DNA of 64,000 nucleotides from an uncultured virus (IMG/VR IMGVR_UViG_3300021499_000001) (Duplodnaviria > Heunggongvirae > Uroviricota > Caudoviricetes), in the IMG/VR virus record IMGVR_UViG_3300021499_000001; one strand, given 5' to 3'. Under the pieces are notes generated by a model. The model was given only the letters and a program-made list of their open reading frames with translations, ran no database searches and had not been told where the DNA came from. This document shows positions 38,601-48,163 of the stretch, piece by piece (positions within the stretch are counted from its first letter, which is position 1; each line of letters begins with the position of its first letter). The translations under genes and the position numbers were made by a program.

Positions 38601-41600
38601 AACAATACCTTGCTATGCGGGCTAAGGGATTGCAAATCCCTGGTATAGATGTAAGTGATATATTGAAAAAGATTGTGGGAGAGAAGTATGGGGATATACA
38701 TCCATTACATGAGTGGTTGAGTGATGATCTATTATTAAAGTTTGGTCTTTTGGATGAAGTTGTAGAAATGGGGGATGCGCGGGCTGCATTGTTAAGGGAG
38801 GTATTTGATCGAGTTGCAAAATCGGGGCTTCACCTTACCAACCCAGAACAGTACATCAAGTATGGTACTTTTGTAATGACAGACCGGCTTCAGCTTGGTG
38901 ATAAGGTTGTAAAAATTGGTTATAATGGTAAGTTAGTTTTTAATAAGGTAATTACATCTTATGATCTTACAGGTACGCCTTCATTGGATTTTTCGCTTAC
39001 CTATGAAATAATATTACCAACTCCACTTAAATGGGTTACATATTATCAAAAAGGTATGGGGACAACACAGCGCTGGTCCTTAAGCCAATTTCCATATTAT
39101 CTTATAGAGCCAGCGCGGTTTATGGAGCGTGGTGAATTGGGCATTTTTATAGAGACGGAGATGACGCGTCTAAAGGAGGCATTGATCAAAAAGTATGGTG
39201 TGCAAGAAGCCGTCAATGTTATGTCAAAGATGACAAAGGACCTCAATGATTATATGAATAGAGTAGTTAATTACGCTATTAAGGAGCACGGGCTTCCCAT
39301 CAAACTTACCAGTCCCTTATTTATGTTCAATCCCAAAATGATGGCAATAGAGGGCAATTACGATTTATTTAATACATTGACAACAGAACAAAAGGGATTG
39401 TTGTGGACGGTATTCCTAGAGGGTTTACCTGAGAAGGTAGGAAAGATCGGTAGATATCCAAGCTTATTTGATTATCTTGAGGCTAAATTCAAAGAACATG
39501 GTGTTGTTGTGACTCCGGAAGATAGAAAGATATTTAGAAGATATGTACAAAAGCAGTATGCATTATATAAGAGCAAGAAGATAAGTGAAAAAGAATTCTT
39601 TGAGAAGGTTTTGTTAAAAGATATTGCTGATGAAAGGATACGGAATTGGTTTAGCAGATTATATTATGGGGATGATAGGGAGCAACTTGCGCGCTTATTT
39701 GACATATATCAGATAAAATTAGGCAAAAGAGTTGTTGAACTTATTGGTTTAGGCCGTCATAGTCCCTTTGGTTTAGGTGATACGGCTCTAACTAGTACCT
39801 ACAAAAGTTTTGTGCGCATACCGATGCAGATGTATTGGGATATTCATCGCTGGCCTCATTTAGAGGGTATGGCTCAATTTGTTGATGCCTTTCAGGCTCA
39901 GAATCTACCTATCTATGAGACTCTTCTTAAAATGGCTGATATGCTGAAGATGAGTCAGTCATCTATTGATGAGTTAGTGAAGGCAGGGGATATTTATGCT
40001 GTACCGGTGCGGCGCTTCTTCGACTTTGTGCGCAAGCACATGAATCTTCTTAGATTAGTAAGGGAGGATATATATGTACCAGAAAAGATATTAGAGGAGG
40101 CTCATGGTGATATGGTTCAGGCTGTTCAGATGATGCTTGATTTAGGTGTGTCATTAACGGATTTTAAGGAGAATGCTATAAAATTTGAGGGCGCTCAGCT
40201 TCGTGCACAGGTTGCTAAGGAGGTGCAGGATTTCCTGAGGCAGATATTTGAGGAAGCGCAGGGGAAGCGTGTTGTTATTGATGTTGGTAGGGCGATGTCT
40301 GTTTCCTATAAGAATCTTGAATCGATGATTGGTCAGAATGATGCTATTATTAGGGATCTTATCAAATATTTAGAAAAGATGGGTTACAACAAGCTGAAGT
40401 ATATACCATTAGGAACGAGGGAGTTTTGGGATTTATCATTCCACCAGATTGGTAAAGATCAGGTGATTGTTGAGCCTCAGGTTAAGAAATTATTGCAGCT
40501 AATGGCTTCGATTGCATCGATTAGAGGTAAGGTACAGGCAACGGGTGTGCCATCGGCGCAGGTTAAATTTGAAGAAAGGAATGTATTTTATAAGCAATTT
40601 GTTGATTATCTTGGTTCTATAGCAAGTAATTTTATAGGCCGACAGTCCTTGTGGGCGCGGACTGCTGTGACACATCTTCCTGGTGTTGAAGGTGTTGGGC
40701 TTCCGTCCTTCTTGCTTTTTAATAAGTCGCGGCTTCTTGACACAGTTGTATGGGAGCCATTTACGACCTATGTTGATGCTTCTGTTATTGAGAATTTGAA
40801 AGGTATGTTGGAAGCCGCCGGTTTCTCCAAAGAATTTATCGATGCTTTTTATAAGGGCAGTCCTAATGTAGCATTTTTAGGCATGCCTGGGCGTATGCCA
40901 TTCCATCCTGGTATGGGGTTAATAGGATTGATAAAGAGTTTGACTCAGCAGCAGAAACAACGTGTTTCGTCTGTTAGCGACGCTGTTAAGATATATATGG
41001 ATCCGTTATTAATAACGAAGGTTCTATTAGGTGACTGGGATACGGATAGGTTGATGGCGTTACTGACAATGACGTCTCCGAAGGGTGCTGGAGACGTAAC
41101 AAGGATATGGAAGTGGGTCTATGGTTTATCAGATCAGGATGTTGCATTTCTTATGTCATATGGTAAGTTTAAAGCTGGTGATAGAAAGGTGATAGGTGAA
41201 TTACAAACATTTTTTACATCTGTTTTTGAGAAGATGACGAAAGAACAGAAGGAGGCATATATACAGAGCAAAGAGTTTGAGGATATCCTCCATAAGAGAT
41301 TATCAGCTGTTGTTGCAAAGATGAAGGAGGGATATTTGAGTTGGTTTGGTAAATCTGAAGCAGAGGAGTTGAGTAAGCGTATTGAGTTTTTAGTGACTGG
41401 TGATGTGACGAAAATACCCACAACAGAAGGTGAGGTTATTTATTTACCGACTATATTAGCTCAGATGCGTGGTTATACGATGAAGATTGAGAAAATGTGG
41501 CCATTTATACAAGAGGCTAAAGAGATTGCAAGAAAGGAAGGAATTCCATTCAAGGAAGCATTAGCTAAGCATATGGCTGATATTTTTGCGAACAGAGAGC

Positions 41601-42691
41601 TTAGGAATGTAGCAGGTACGTCAATGGCTGGTAAAGTTGATGTGATAAGAACTGGGTATGCATTATTATTGCAACATATGTATTTAATGAAAACAGAAGG
41701 GGTTTCATATCAAGATATGAGTAGAATTATGGGGTTAAGTATCCCAGAAGCATTTGGTCAAGTATTTGATAAATGGATGGCAGCGGGTGCTGAGGGACAG
41801 AAGATGATTCTAACATTTGAAAGGGAGATACTTGATAAAGTATTGAAGATGAAACGAGGTGGCTCTCCGGAGGTTATGGCTGAAGCAATAAATAATCTTG
41901 CTAATGAATTGCTTGAGTATAGTAAGGTTTCATCATCTGTTGCAAAGAAAGGACATGAATTAATAGATAAGTTTGTTGCAGAAATTGATTGGGAGAAAAT
42001 GGGATTGAAGCCACGCGATGCTTTGTATATGATGGGATGGTTGTTGAGGAACACACAATGGGCTATCCGTAATTCCAGTTATCTTGTTACGAGGCAAGCG
42101 ATTAACAGAGGTCTTATTGAAGCATATGCAATGTTTGCATCTCGTTTGCTTAGTCAACCAACAGGTCCTACGGTAGGCCCAACATTGTTAGATGCATTAT
42201 CGAATGAAGTGCTCAGGGGTATGGCAAAGGAGCCAAAGCCATTGAATGAATTACTTGGTGAGCAGACAGCAAATATGAGATTTAGGGAGGCGCTGGCGGG
42301 CTTCCTTATAAAAACATTTGATAATTTATCTAAATCAAGAAAGCATCGGTTATTGTTGGCTGGTGCATTAGCTGGAATAGCAGGATATATATTAAGCGGG
42401 CCGAAATTAAGAGGAGATATATTTTCATTTGGTATTGATTTAGGCACAGTACATGGATTAGAGCCAAGTTTTTTTGATGGTAGATGGACATATCCTGAGC
42501 TGCCTCGTGGGGAGGATATAAGAGGTTTAGAGAATCCATATCATAAGAGGAAGATTTATATTCTACGTAATATAAGGCGTAGGAACCCTGCATTATTTAA
42601 TGAGTTAAGGAGGCGCGGTATAATTCAAGAGTGGGAAATGTCGGCGCCTTATGATTATCCACATAGAGAAAGGAAGGTGATATACGTATGA
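35624..42691 (+). CDS. Giant protein (2355 aa): putative single-chain two-barrel (virion) RNA polymerase with DEDDh exonuclease-like domain
   Basis: FMDAEW/GKNFWSSE/HFGEQD (aa 476-693); LKWVTYYQKGMG (K1136, K1143); GRMP (R1757); IYMDPLLITKVLLGDWDTDRL (D1804, D1806, D1808). Confidence 0.65.
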   Translation: MAVIRKKHTYLRTFTRRKEREKGNRFAKFGLGVAALVPIVYLIKGRGFERLHDFLKTFAEASYKKEARASEASLWAYGPLDKIKKAFMDNPFLSVLGTVTKKEAQGRSVREVLNKLKDIVELLREYYSVAEIRKLFNEDIVPYADKASKLIVEEEKQLLYRYQLMFERALQILTRRINEKGWFPWDPFHFRLLSKYLPHSYKFGLFYGMMPSFSAPLFEISTAGGQFAQIFQREIKNLSESEVLLGQHIEQVIKDYVNKHVVVNPEWELAASEVFKHLSAEEHLQVRNLVTRITEQVAKWLHRHAGIDATDLPDVQVVIKAQRYYDVPILVAQLSVVDLRGVKRSVEIKLGVPQKSGLMAAIGNYPTANVRFAQGNRVRSIFSLKLERLGEMFEHALNDLYEGKSEDYVTRRIHRIIGRYDLYGTGRNDKAFQLVHSIVDKDFKDYAAYSAKKRFLKRAAELILGVRKGKYRLFMDAEWVMAGISSTGTQYAVTESRRRLIWSFAIQVFDDLGNEVDKLVVFIDPKTISDEFFMSQVRRFGLSKAAAEEALRAVRGRVAMPAGYVRVGSEMEASRLICKKIKDIINKYGKDDLLVMGKNFWSSEVALLERAFKADSSILNYIKRKLVDIEDIYRLVYGAKAINRSLSVEAILDYVKVSDEGSKLLGRLLNYEPKVEVQAFANLVRSLHFGEQDNRIAYILSKIAESMVNNDPELRERVLRIYDIVAKSQGAVLSFTTQQEFMQQAYNYVKEQLKSVGVGSPNAARKWRFEYPFNPADWVPLFVPTLEKQRYQLGRGLPLSEASKRLLETLKKEYARRVLGLGEADINYLGPALISMPFKRFLEQQMLYNVRSVFTIPVFSTFFPFAGEGHMFIHRRLTELSTVVQEVISQKIPISRLENMDARMQLWTKLFESAMEAIKTSPRLGRLIEERFNNDIVRFLRALDLSIVIARRQGWIKDYERFADVLTRFFPEFPIKRFAGAAIGGDLKGLTIKQYLAMRAKGLQIPGIDVSDILKKIVGEKYGDIHPLHEWLSDDLLLKFGLLDEVVEMGDARAALLREVFDRVAKSGLHLTNPEQYIKYGTFVMTDRLQLGDKVVKIGYNGKLVFNKVITSYDLTGTPSLDFSLTYEIILPTPLKWVTYYQKGMGTTQRWSLSQFPYYLIEPARFMERGELGIFIETEMTRLKEALIKKYGVQEAVNVMSKMTKDLNDYMNRVVNYAIKEHGLPIKLTSPLFMFNPKMMAIEGNYDLFNTLTTEQKGLLWTVFLEGLPEKVGKIGRYPSLFDYLEAKFKEHGVVVTPEDRKIFRRYVQKQYALYKSKKISEKEFFEKVLLKDIADERIRNWFSRLYYGDDREQLARLFDIYQIKLGKRVVELIGLGRHSPFGLGDTALTSTYKSFVRIPMQMYWDIHRWPHLEGMAQFVDAFQAQNLPIYETLLKMADMLKMSQSSIDELVKAGDIYAVPVRRFFDFVRKHMNLLRLVREDIYVPEKILEEAHGDMVQAVQMMLDLGVSLTDFKENAIKFEGAQLRAQVAKEVQDFLRQIFEEAQGKRVVIDVGRAMSVSYKNLESMIGQNDAIIRDLIKYLEKMGYNKLKYIPLGTREFWDLSFHQIGKDQVIVEPQVKKLLQLMASIASIRGKVQATGVPSAQVKFEERNVFYKQFVDYLGSIASNFIGRQSLWARTAVTHLPGVEGVGLPSFLLFNKSRLLDTVVWEPFTTYVDASVIENLKGMLEAAGFSKEFIDAFYKGSPNVAFLGMPGRMPFHPGMGLIGLIKSLTQQQKQRVSSVSDAVKIYMDPLLITKVLLGDWDTDRLMALLTMTSPKGAGDVTRIWKWVYGLSDQDVAFLMSYGKFKAGDRKVIGELQTFFTSVFEKMTKEQKEAYIQSKEFEDILHKRLSAVVAKMKEGYLSWFGKSEAEELSKRIEFLVTGDVTKIPTTEGEVIYLPTILAQMRGYTMKIEKMWPFIQEAKEIARKEGIPFKEALAKHMADIFANRELRNVAGTSMAGKVDVIRTGYALLLQHMYLMKTEGVSYQDMSRIMGLSIPEAFGQVFDKWMAAGAEGQKMILTFEREILDKVLKMKRGGSPEVMAEAINNLANELLEYSKVSSSVAKKGHELIDKFVAEIDWEKMGLKPRDALYMMGWLLRNTQWAIRNSSYLVTRQAINRGLIEAYAMFASRLLSQPTGPTVGPTLLDALSNEVLRGMAKEPKPLNELLGEQTANMRFREALAGFLIKTFDNLSKSRKHRLLLAGALAGIAGYILSGPKLRGDIFSFGIDLGTVHGLEPSFFDGRWTYPELPRGEDIRGLENPYHKRKIYILRNIRRRNPALFNELRRRGIIQEWEMSAPYDYPHRERKVIYV

Positions 42692-42855
42692 AAATTATAG
42701 TTAGAGTACTGCCAAATGCAGATATTGTTCGTGTTGAAGCGGCGATACGTAATGCTTTGATGGCATATGATTTAGATGTGCGGTCAATACAAGTGGTAAC
42801 AACGGCTTTTGGACAGGAGGAGTATGCCAGAGGACTCGAAAAAGCCGAGGCTTGA
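42688..42855 (+). CDS. Small hypothetical protein (55 aa, not in ORF track)
   Basis: ATGA-coupled to the 2355-aa gene, AAGGTG upstream; MKIIVRVLPNADIVRVEAAIRNALMAYDLDVRSIQVV... Confidence 0.6.
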   Translation: MKIIVRVLPNADIVRVEAAIRNALMAYDLDVRSIQVVTTAFGQEEYARGLEKAEA

Positions 42856-45800
42856 TTACAGGACAGCTATTATAGGTACCGTTCCGGTGATTGTTACAGA
42901 TTTTAGAGTTGTTGAGAATTTTTCCTACCAGCAGATACAGACACTACGTATGGATAATAATGTTATTTACCAGATACCCGGAAGGAATTTGTATGTTATT
43001 ATTGGATTAGAGTTTCCTGATGGTTATTCCATTAATACAGGATTGCGTGAGCTCCATGCTATGATGTTTCTTGCTCCCATTGTACCTATTTATAGTCCGT
43101 GGCTTAATGACATGGTCATTGCATCATTTGATCAATATAGAGGGCTTGCTGAATTAATGGGTGTTAATACAGATGTAAACATTTATGCATTGCGTCGTTT
43201 AACAATGAGATCCGTTGAGTCGCCTTATGCTATTGGTGTTGAGATGGAGATTGCTCCCATGGATTTAGATGCGGCGCGGCTTAAGCCCCAATTCCTTGTG
43301 GATGAGGAGGCAGCGCGGGCTAAATCTGAGTTTATAGCGAGATTGTTTGAATTATATGAAACGATGAAGAGAAGTGAGGACCCGCTGGCTTATTTGGATG
43401 GCTTTACATCTATCTATAATGATTACAAGAGGGCTGTGGCTAATAAGGTTGTCGACTTCCTATGGCAGTCAGAATTATTTAAAAGATGGATAAGCATAAT
43501 GTATCCTGAGGGTGATAAGTCACTTTTACCAGTTCAGGGGGTGCGGCTTAAACGGCAGCTTGGTATATGGAGACAAACGCCGTTTGCTAATATTGTTATT
43601 CATTATCTCCATATGGCTGATGATATCGTATCATTGCGAGATGAAATACATAAATATGTTTCAGATGTGGCTAGTAGTACAGCAAAGATGATCCGTGATT
43701 ACGTAGCTGATTATGAACAAATTCAGCAGGTTGGCGCGCCTCAACGATTTTTCCAAGTATTGCAGACATTATACAATAGCATTAAGGGTGGCATACGTAC
43801 TCGTATTGATAGCTCATTGATGGGTACTATAGCATTTGGCAATCAGATAAGGGAGATGTTACTTGAGGTTGCGTTACGCATGGATAATGGGCAGAGAGGT
43901 AAATATACTAATTACGTGCAGAGAATTCTATCTCTGACGGCAGGGCCTAATCTAGTAGTCCCTGAGATGATGATGGAGGGTGAATCAGCTATTGTCACAA
44001 TGTCTGATTTTCTGACCAGATTTTTTGCAGAATTAGGTAAGAAGTTGGATACGGATTCATACAAAATTTTCGTTGATTTGTTCGCTGATGTTATGTCTGA
44101 ACGTATTGCGTATTGGGAGTTATTCTCAAAGGTGATGAAATATGAGACCTTTGATTTTGGTAAATATCGTGCTACTCCAACCAGATGGGAATATACTGTG
44201 ACTAATAAATTCGTACCTCTGAGGATTGGTGATGCAGTAGCGCCCTTGTTGCAACATCTTGGTACTGATAGTCCTATATTTAGGGTGCAATATGCATGTG
44301 GTGATGGCCTAGCCATAAGGCAATTGAAACAGTTAAGAGATGATGTTGATAAGGCTGTGCAACAGATAAATGAAATAGGGTCATATTTTCCTTGGATTAC
44401 AAAATATATAGAGCCTATAATATTATCCTCAACGGACGGCTTAGTTGAATTTCTGGGCATGCAGCATGCTGTTTTAGATTCGGTAAGTATTAATCCGATG
44501 GAAGAAGCCGCGATGGTTGCTGAGGCTACATGTACATTTGTTGCTTCTGATATAACGATTTTTGATTACGAGCAGTTTGAGTTTGCTGATACTGTTGGTG
44601 CCAATAATTTATCATGTCTATTATTATTTTATGCATTGCGTAAATGGTACCAAGAGATTTTTGGTAAAGATCTTCCTCCGAGCGGTACTATTGCAGAGAC
44701 AGTACAGCCATTAAAGGAGGGTGAAGATATTTCGAAGCTAAGGGTTCCGTTTAAACTGTTTGATGTTATGGATTCACAGAATGTAACTAAGCGTGCATTT
44801 CAGTATGCCATGATATTGTCTAGGGCTGAGAATCAGAATTATTATAATTTCACTATATACAATTCGGATAAAAAGGCTGTATATGCATTGAATGAGGGTG
44901 TAATTACACATATAACTAGTAATTTGGTTGATGGTTATATAGTTCGTGTGAAGAATGGGGATTTTGTAACAGAGTATAGGAATCTAGAGAAGTTGGCAGA
45001 GGATATTAAGCCGGGCGAAAAGGTGTTAGGTGGACAATATTTAGGGGAGGCGCGCTTCTTTGCTAGTGGAACATATCCAAAAGAGGTTGAACCGGGTATT
45101 CTCTATAATAAAGTTAAAACATCTGGTCCTGCACCTTATGGAGTATTTGTATTATTTATGTATAAAAATATCCCATTGGACCTAGAAATTTATAAAGGTA
45201 AGGAGGTTTTTGAAAAAGCAGCCAATATATCTGCGCCCACAGATATATATGCATATTTTTGGACACATACTAAGGATGATAAAATAACATGGGCTGGGCA
45301 TACCTATGATGTGAAAAATAATCCCTATGTCCAAGGTTATGTAAATAGTGTCTTAGGTGGGATACCTATTTTAGAATCAATTTCGAATCGTATTTTTGAT
45401 GAGAAGACATTTGTTGATGTGCTTATCCGACTGCTTATGGAAAAATGTATGACGTGTGTATCATCATTTGATATCGCAGGCTTGGAGCAAAAGCTTGCGA
45501 ATGAGTTAGGTATGGAGCCGGCTTCTGCAACTGATAGAGCTGTTCCAACACAGGAGGAATATGTGCCTGTTCTTGGCCGTCCATACTTTACCCACCCATC
45601 ATTAGAAGAGATGAAACTACCAGAGCCGCAATTGCCTCCTAAGGTAACTCCGGCGCCAGAGGAAGGGAAAATAGAAGTACCTGAGAAGAAAGTAGAGAAA
45701 CCGCAGCCTTCTGCACCAAAAAAATTACCTGAGGAAGCCCCGCCAGTGGAGGTGCCGCCTAGTGAACCACCAGTGATAGAAGAAGGTGAAAAAGAGGAGG

Positions 45801-48163
45801 GTGGTCTTTTAAATAGACTCATAGCACGTTACATGGCGCTTGTATCACAAGATATGAAATACTTACAGCAGTTACCACCTACCCCTATAGTTGATGTGGA
45901 AGCAGTGCCTACTGATGATGAACTTATACATAGGAAAAATAGTGGTTTATGGGAGCATTTAAAGCAGCATTATACAGAGTTTGTAAAATTGGAGGCTGTG
46001 TTGTCACAGAAATTTGGTGATGAATTCTTTAAGGATTTTGATGAACGGGTAAAAGCCGAGCGTGAGGAATTACGGAAACTAGAAAGTGGTGGATTATACC
46101 GTTGGGTTGTTACAGATCGCTACCGTGAAATAATTAATGATGAATATGTGACATATGGTATACCGTGGCAAAGTTTGAAGGATCAGGCACCCTTTGATGA
46201 ATTGTTGCCATTGGTAAAACAGAGACATGCTGTTGTTGTCAGTCTTATGAGGAATTTGTTTGAACTGGGAAAAAATTCTTCTGAGCATGATTTCTGGGCC
46301 GCGGCTTCTTCAAGATTTGAGAATAGGTTGTCCTTTTTTAACAATAGTCTTGATCAGATTGCTGCTGAATACGGTGATAATTCAATGGAGATAATTGAAT
46401 TTTATGATAGCGCTTTGGTAAAGGAACAGGATTATTTATCAGCTCTTGAGGAAGCTTATGAGAGTCAGTTAGTTAGGGAGGAGAAGAAAGAATCTATAGA
46501 GAAAAAGGATATGCCATCTATTACTATACCACCAGCTGGTACTCCAAATCGTCTGCCTGAGTTAGAAGCGAAATATAAGGAGATTATAGGATATGAAAGA
46601 GATTTATTAGAAGCAGCACAGGATTTAAAAGATCCTTATTGGAAGAATGCATTGGAAGAGTTTAACAAGCGTGTGGCTAATTATGAGGGGGATATTAAGG
46701 AGGCCGCGAGCCCAGATTTAGAAAAGATTTATGAGAATGCTATAGCTTATGAGACAATGATGCTTGATAATTATAAGACAAAATATCAGAAGCAGAGGGC
46801 TATTGGGGATTATACGAAGCCGCCAATGCCCCAGCATGTGGCACCGGTAACTGTTCCAAGGGCTAAACCAGTAAAACCACCTACGGAAATTGTTATTTCA
46901 CCAGATGAGGTAGAGATGTGGCGTGAGCTGTTAGATTTTATGGCTGATAGCTACATTAGGGGTAATTTATTTAAAGATGTTGATTTGGTAAGTAAGATAG
47001 ATGCAAATGATATAGATGGGTCATTTAATGCTATTTTATCACAGATAGCATCTTCTCATATGGAATTAGATAGTGTGGATGCTGTTGCTGTGCATATAAC
47101 AGCTAGTGGTCCAGCAAGTGATAATTATATTGGAGGTTGGGAAAGATTAGCTAGAAGTTTTGATTTACAGGGTGGTGTTGAGAAAGCTCGACGTAAGCAT
47201 AAAGGAGCATATAGTATTTATCATATATTAATTGGTAATGGTTTTATAAAACATTATCGTGATAAAATTCGGGGATTTGATTCTAAATATGATGGTTTGA
47301 TTATGGTATGCCGTCCATTAACACAGAAGGCAAATCATATTGAGGGATTAAATCGTCAATCTATTAGTGTTGCATGGGTTGGTATGCCATTTATGCAAGT
47401 TCTTAGGAATAGTCGTGCATGTAAATATCCTATACAAACAGCTACTCCATTTCCTCATATAGGTTTTTGGGAATATGTAATCGAGCCGGCATATCAGTCG
47501 TTGTTGAGAGAACATAAGCCGCCGACTTATACTGCTTTAAGGCAGAGGGCATTCGAAATATTGGATGATAACGGTTGGATAGAGTCTCCTGATAAAGATC
47601 TCAGTAGTCAGGTTGTAGCCTTTACGAATGAGTTTTATGATAAAGTGCCGGCTTATGACTTTACCCATTATATAGCGAATGGTGGGGTTATAACATGGCC
47701 AAGTTGGGGGGATTTGCTACAGGGTGGTAAGATGAAAATAGATGCACATGCAATACCGGGGATAGGAGAGCGTAAGAGTGGTATATGTGTAAGCAAAATA
47801 GGGGGTAAATTTGCTCTTAAATATATTTATGGTATGAGTCCGCGTGCTTGGGATAGATTAGTCAAAGTTGTTGGCGTATTGCGTATGTTATATTCTAAAG
47901 CATTTAATAAGGTTGTTACTGTTGGTGGACATTCAGAATTGTACACATTATTAGATACATCCCATCGTGCAACAGGTAAAGTATGTCCCGGGTTTAATCT
48001 GCGTGGGAAAAGTAGAGGAAATTATGATTTGATACCAGAGATAAGGAGAGGTGCTAATGCGTATTTACCAGATTTGGGTTATGAGTTGTGGCTATCACCG
48101 ACCGCAGAGAAATATTGGGAGAAATATTTTAAAGCTGTCATTAAAGCTATAGGAGAATCATAA
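42824..48163 (+). CDS. Giant tail-associated lysin (1779 aa): degenerate M23-like domain, Pro/Glu linker, C-terminal N-acetylmuramoyl-L-alanine amidase (Amidase_2)
   Basis: GGAGG before ATG 42824. VYALNEGVI..GYIVRVKN..EYRNL..IKPGEKVLGGQYLG is M23-like. AVAVHITAS..YHILI..DGLIMVCRP..ANHIEGLNRQSISVAWVG..GGHSEL..KVCPG is amidase-like. Confidence 0.78.
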   Translation: MPEDSKKPRLDYRTAIIGTVPVIVTDFRVVENFSYQQIQTLRMDNNVIYQIPGRNLYVIIGLEFPDGYSINTGLRELHAMMFLAPIVPIYSPWLNDMVIASFDQYRGLAELMGVNTDVNIYALRRLTMRSVESPYAIGVEMEIAPMDLDAARLKPQFLVDEEAARAKSEFIARLFELYETMKRSEDPLAYLDGFTSIYNDYKRAVANKVVDFLWQSELFKRWISIMYPEGDKSLLPVQGVRLKRQLGIWRQTPFANIVIHYLHMADDIVSLRDEIHKYVSDVASSTAKMIRDYVADYEQIQQVGAPQRFFQVLQTLYNSIKGGIRTRIDSSLMGTIAFGNQIREMLLEVALRMDNGQRGKYTNYVQRILSLTAGPNLVVPEMMMEGESAIVTMSDFLTRFFAELGKKLDTDSYKIFVDLFADVMSERIAYWELFSKVMKYETFDFGKYRATPTRWEYTVTNKFVPLRIGDAVAPLLQHLGTDSPIFRVQYACGDGLAIRQLKQLRDDVDKAVQQINEIGSYFPWITKYIEPIILSSTDGLVEFLGMQHAVLDSVSINPMEEAAMVAEATCTFVASDITIFDYEQFEFADTVGANNLSCLLLFYALRKWYQEIFGKDLPPSGTIAETVQPLKEGEDISKLRVPFKLFDVMDSQNVTKRAFQYAMILSRAENQNYYNFTIYNSDKKAVYALNEGVITHITSNLVDGYIVRVKNGDFVTEYRNLEKLAEDIKPGEKVLGGQYLGEARFFASGTYPKEVEPGILYNKVKTSGPAPYGVFVLFMYKNIPLDLEIYKGKEVFEKAANISAPTDIYAYFWTHTKDDKITWAGHTYDVKNNPYVQGYVNSVLGGIPILESISNRIFDEKTFVDVLIRLLMEKCMTCVSSFDIAGLEQKLANELGMEPASATDRAVPTQEEYVPVLGRPYFTHPSLEEMKLPEPQLPPKVTPAPEEGKIEVPEKKVEKPQPSAPKKLPEEAPPVEVPPSEPPVIEEGEKEEGGLLNRLIARYMALVSQDMKYLQQLPPTPIVDVEAVPTDDELIHRKNSGLWEHLKQHYTEFVKLEAVLSQKFGDEFFKDFDERVKAEREELRKLESGGLYRWVVTDRYREIINDEYVTYGIPWQSLKDQAPFDELLPLVKQRHAVVVSLMRNLFELGKNSSEHDFWAAASSRFENRLSFFNNSLDQIAAEYGDNSMEIIEFYDSALVKEQDYLSALEEAYESQLVREEKKESIEKKDMPSITIPPAGTPNRLPELEAKYKEIIGYERDLLEAAQDLKDPYWKNALEEFNKRVANYEGDIKEAASPDLEKIYENAIAYETMMLDNYKTKYQKQRAIGDYTKPPMPQHVAPVTVPRAKPVKPPTEIVISPDEVEMWRELLDFMADSYIRGNLFKDVDLVSKIDANDIDGSFNAILSQIASSHMELDSVDAVAVHITASGPASDNYIGGWERLARSFDLQGGVEKARRKHKGAYSIYHILIGNGFIKHYRDKIRGFDSKYDGLIMVCRPLTQKANHIEGLNRQSISVAWVGMPFMQVLRNSRACKYPIQTATPFPHIGFWEYVIEPAYQSLLREHKPPTYTALRQRAFEILDDNGWIESPDKDLSSQVVAFTNEFYDKVPAYDFTHYIANGGVITWPSWGDLLQGGKMKIDAHAIPGIGERKSGICVSKIGGKFALKYIYGMSPRAWDRLVKVVGVLRMLYSKAFNKVVTVGGHSELYTLLDTSHRATGKVCPGFNLRGKSRGNYDLIPEIRRGANAYLPDLGYELWLSPTAEKYWEKYFKAVIKAIGES

